DNA of 64,000 bases. Origin: Cyanophora paradoxa CCMP329. Its lineage: Eukaryota; Plantae; Glaucophyta. Below the pieces are notes generated by a model, which was not told where the DNA came from, did no database searches, and saw only the letters and a list, made by a program, of their open reading frames with translations. The stretch is taken from positions 372,001 to 436,000 of the forward strand of contig QPMI01000520.1 in NCBI GenBank assembly GCA_004431415.1, given 5' to 3'. Of the stretch, positions 60,301 through 64,000 are shown in pieces. The first letter of the stretch is position 1; the number at the start of each line of letters is the position of its first letter. A program made the position numbers and the translations under genes.

Positions 60301-63300
60301 CTCGTATTTCTCGTGTCTCGCTGCCTTCGCTGAGCTGGATCTGTGAGCAGAGCCACTGCTCGGCGACGTGCGTCAAGCTTCCCTGGTTCGGAAACGCGCC
60401 CCCTATGTATATCTCTTTATTTTCTAATCTTTTTTCAGGTGTGGTGACGGTGCGCAATTATTGAGTGGGTGTGTGGTACGTTCCGGCTCGGCCTGTAACC
60501 TTGGCTTTCAGGTGTGAAGAACGGGGACGAGTCTTGCGACCTTGGCGTCGCGCGTAATGGAAAGCCTGGCGAGGCGTGCTCCACCGACTGCCGCATCGTG
60601 TACACGCCGAAGTGCGGGAACGGCATCATTGACAAGGAGGAGGCGTGCGGTGCGCGGCCCCGCTTCCTTTCGCCGGTGGTCACTCTGATTCGTCAGTTTA
60701 ATGTCCTGATGTCCTGCCACTTCGCAGACGACGGCGCCCTGAATGGCACTCCGGGCTCTCCCCACCACTGCTCGGCGACTTGCTCTGTGATGGCATATTG
60801 TGCGCAGAGCCGCTCGCCACTTCACAGCATTGGCTCACCTCTTTCGCCTGCAGGCGGCAACGGTAAAGTTGACGCAGGGGAGCAGTGTGGTGCGCTTTTA
60901 ACACTTACTATCGCGTTCTCCGTGCGCTGAACGGGCTTCTGAAGACGACGGGGAGGTCAACGGGACTGCCGCGTCCCCCGTGCGCCGCTGCCCGTTCGAT
61001 TCCAATACGACTTTCACTAACAGCGCGTGCGCAGAACCACTGCTCGGCGTCGTGCAGCGTCAAGCCCTACTGTCAGCGCCCAGTCTTCTTCCCGCGGTTG
61101 CCCCTCTAAACTGGCTGCAGGTGGCGACGGCAAGATCAACGGCTCTGGCGAGCAATGCGACGCGGGCGCCAAGAATGGATCCCCGGCCTCGCACTGCTCC
61201 GTGCAGTGCGAGAAGTTGCCGTGGTGCGGCGATGGCATCAAAAACGGGACCGAGGCCTGCGACCTGGGGGAGGATCACAACGGCGATGCGGGCGAGCCGT
61301 GCTCCAAGGACTGCCGCCTCGTGTACGCACCCAATCATCGAATCAGGTCGCCGTCGGCCAGAACGGCTAACATCGCGCTCTGCAGCTATGTGCCCAATTG
61401 CGGGAACGGGATCATCGACGCGAACGAGGCCTGCGGTGCGTTCATGGGCGAGCTCTCCCTGCTCAACGTGTCCACTCACAGATGTCGGCAGATGATGGCG
61501 AAGCCAACGGGGGCCCATCCTCTCCGAACCACTGTTCGTCCACGTGCAGCATCGTGCCCTACTGTCCGCTCATTTCTCCTCGCTACGCCCTCCCTCCGCC
61601 CTAACGCCTCCCCTCTTTACAACGCAGGTGGCGACGGCAAGAAGTCAGCGAAGGAGGCATGTGGTGCGTCCATTAACTTCAAGCAAACCATGGTTGCGAA
61701 AAATAGGCGACACTGACGCGCTGACAGACGACGGGAAGCTCAACGGCACCCCGCAATCGCAGTCTCACTGCTCGGCGGAGTGCACAGTCCTTCCTTACTG
61801 TGCGTGTACACCGTGGTTGGGGAAGGCCGCGTACTGAGGGAATGTTCAGGCGGAGACGGTGTGGTCGACGAGGCGAACGGCGAGCAGTGCGACAAGGGCG
61901 AGGATTTGAATGGGAGAACGGGGTCGGGTTGCTCTTCGGTTTGCAAGTCCGTGTACGTGCCGCGCTGTGGCAACGGCAACATCGACCGCAACGAGCAGGC
62001 GAGCGCCTTCCGTATCCTCGTCAGCAATGGCGCCGGCTGACGTCCCGCGCAGTGCGACCTGGGTGATGACAACGGTCAAGCCGGCAGTGGGTGCTCGTCG
62101 ACTTGCCAGAAAGTGTACATCCCGTCGTGCGGGAACGGCATCAAGGACGTCAACGAGCAGGCAAAGCGCCCGCCTCGCATGCGGCCTTACCTCGCCTTAC
62201 CGTGGCCGGCAGTGCGACATGGGCGACCGCAACGGCCAGGCTGGTAGCGGCTGCTCGTCGACCTGCCGCACCGACTACCAGCCGCGCTGCGGCAACGGCA
62301 TCATCGACAGGGGCGAGGAATGCGACCTCGCCAGCGTGCGTCCGACTTCAGAGCGAGCTGTTTGTGTCTCCCACGCTGATCAGATGGTTGGTTGCAGAGC
62401 AACGGCCACAACGGCTCGGGGTGCACATCCGACTGCGAGAAGGTTTACGTGCCCAAGGTCCGCATACTCTCGAACCGCTTTCCGTCCCAACCTGATCCTC
62501 GGGACAGTGCGGTAACGGCATCGTGGACCTCATGGAGGAGGTGGGACCGCCTTGCAGCCGCCATTCCTCGAAGAGCTCGAGCTTACGACCCGTCCCCCGC
62601 AGTGCGACCTCGGCGAGAAGAACGGCGCCCCCGGCGCGTCTTGCACCGCCCGCTGCACAGATGTGCCCAAGCCGCAGGAGTGCAGTGCGTCTCGTCCTCA
62701 GCCGCCGCGCGACCAAACCACGCGGCCTTCTCACTCTCGCCCCAGCGCCGGCGGTTCCATCCTGCGAGCCGACGACCGTGCCGATCGTCTTCTCCGACAG
62801 CGGCCCGCGTGCGCCCGGCAGCCCCGCGGGCGGCGGCGGCCTTGCTAAAATCTTGGGCGCGCAGGCATCCTGAAGCTGAAGAAGGTCTTCTCGGACTCGA
62901 ACGAGTGCTCCAACTCGGGCATCCGCGAGGTCTCCGCCGAGTGCCCCTCCCCCGCCCCGTCCCCCGTCCCCTGGAAGATCTCCGTCTCCCGCACCGACGC
63001 GGTCCGCTGCCCCGGGGCCCGAGGCCCCGCGCGCCCCCGCTGAGGGCCGCGGCAGCGCGTGGAGGCGGAGGCTGCGAGCGAGTCGGTGGAGGAGGCGGAG
63101 GCGCTGGCGGCGGACGCCTCGTTCCCCAGCATCGACTTCTCGGCGGGGCTCGCGCACGCCTCCGAGGCCGCCGACGGGGCCATCCCCGCCGCCTCCGAGG
63201 AGGCCGCCCCCGCCGAGGAGCCGGCCTCTGAGGTCGCGACCGCTGAAGAGACGGCGGTGGCGGCCGCGGAGGCCGAGCCCGTCGCGGCAGAGGCCGAGCC

Positions 63301-64000
63301 CGTGACCGTGGAGGCCGAGCCCGTGACAGTGGAGGCGATCGCCGCGGCGGAGCCCGAGCCGGTTGCCGCGGCCGAGGCGGAGCCCGTGCAGGCGGTCGAG
63401 GAGGAGGCCGTGGCCGCGTCGGAGCTGCCGGAGATGTCCCTCGAGGCGCTCCTGCGCGGCGTCGACGCCGGCAGCGAGGCGGCCTCCGCGCCGGCTGCCG
63501 CCCTCGGCGAGGGGGAGAACCTGCTGGCCGCCCTTGCCGTGTCGGCGACGGGCCCGGCGCGGGTGGCGCGGCTGGAGTCGTCGCCGCCGCCGTCGGTGCC
63601 AGAGGAGGAGATGGCGTACCTGGAGGCGCTGGAGGACGCGTGGGCGATCGTCTCCGAGGGCGAGCTCGACGGCGGCGCCCTCGGCGCCGAGCTCGACGAC
63701 CTCTACTACGCCGCCGCCGCCTCGGAGGAGTGCCCCACCGGCGTCGGCTGCGTCCACCCCGTGCGGCCCCGTCCCACTCGCCGGGGCGCGCCGGCCCCCG
63801 CTAACTGCCCGCGCGAGCAGAAGCCGGTCTCCGTCGACAAGGTCACGGACTACACCTCGGGCGTCCCGCCCAACTTCGTGCAGAGTGCGGCCCCCGCCGC
63901 TCGCGCCGGCGCCCCCGCGTCCGGCCGACGCCGCCCCGCGCCCGCGCAGCGCCGGAGTCGCCGGTCGTGGTGAACATCTCGCCCCCGAATGTGCTGATCG
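57362..64000 (+). CDS. Large Cys-rich repeat protein (CGD/NG...E.CDDG..NG, Myxococcus-type/DUF4215-like repeats) with an acidic Ala/Glu-rich region; start uncertain; appears to continue beyond the window
   Basis: About 20 spliced repeats, e.g. CGNGLVEGNEGCDDG, CGDGIKNGTEACDLG, CGNGIIDRGEECDL. Dozens of exons of 11-150 nt. Confidence 0.82.

Overview
GC-rich, intron-dense eukaryotic nuclear DNA. Three genes have N-terminal extensions with an early Phe, typical of plastid transit peptides, and one is a cyanobacterial-type DUF2993 gene. Together these suggest a primary-plastid alga, possibly a glaucophyte (inference only). 1-~12 kb is a very large Ty3/Gypsy-type retroelement: an unrecognised N-terminal region of about 2,000 aa or more, then PR-RT-RH-INT. 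It is broken only by -1 frameshifts, those checked lying in homopolymer runs, which are probably long-read errors. ~12.7-20.2 kb is a nest of non-coding repeats: three copies of a non-autonomous element with ~149-bp internal tandem units and a subterminal palindrome, plus a TA-flanked MITE. 21-64 kb holds tightly packed spliced genes: an LNK-like/homeodomain protein, a degenerate IGPS-like protein, a PPR protein, a gamma-CA-like protein, an M28 peptidase, a P450, TRAPPC10, a two-RRM protein, a NUXM-like subunit, a truncated TROVE fragment, DUF2993, EMC3, RPS2, a SOUL protein and a micro-exon-rich Cys-repeat protein. The main signals are (1) an unusual splicing code, with about 20 GC-AG introns having weak donors and C-rich 5'/G-rich 3' self-complementary ends; (2) an apparent fusion of plant clock LNK motifs to an atypical homeodomain; (3) the giant retroelement N-terminal region; and (4) an IGPS pseudo-enzyme. 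All gene models and family calls were made by eye, without database searches.
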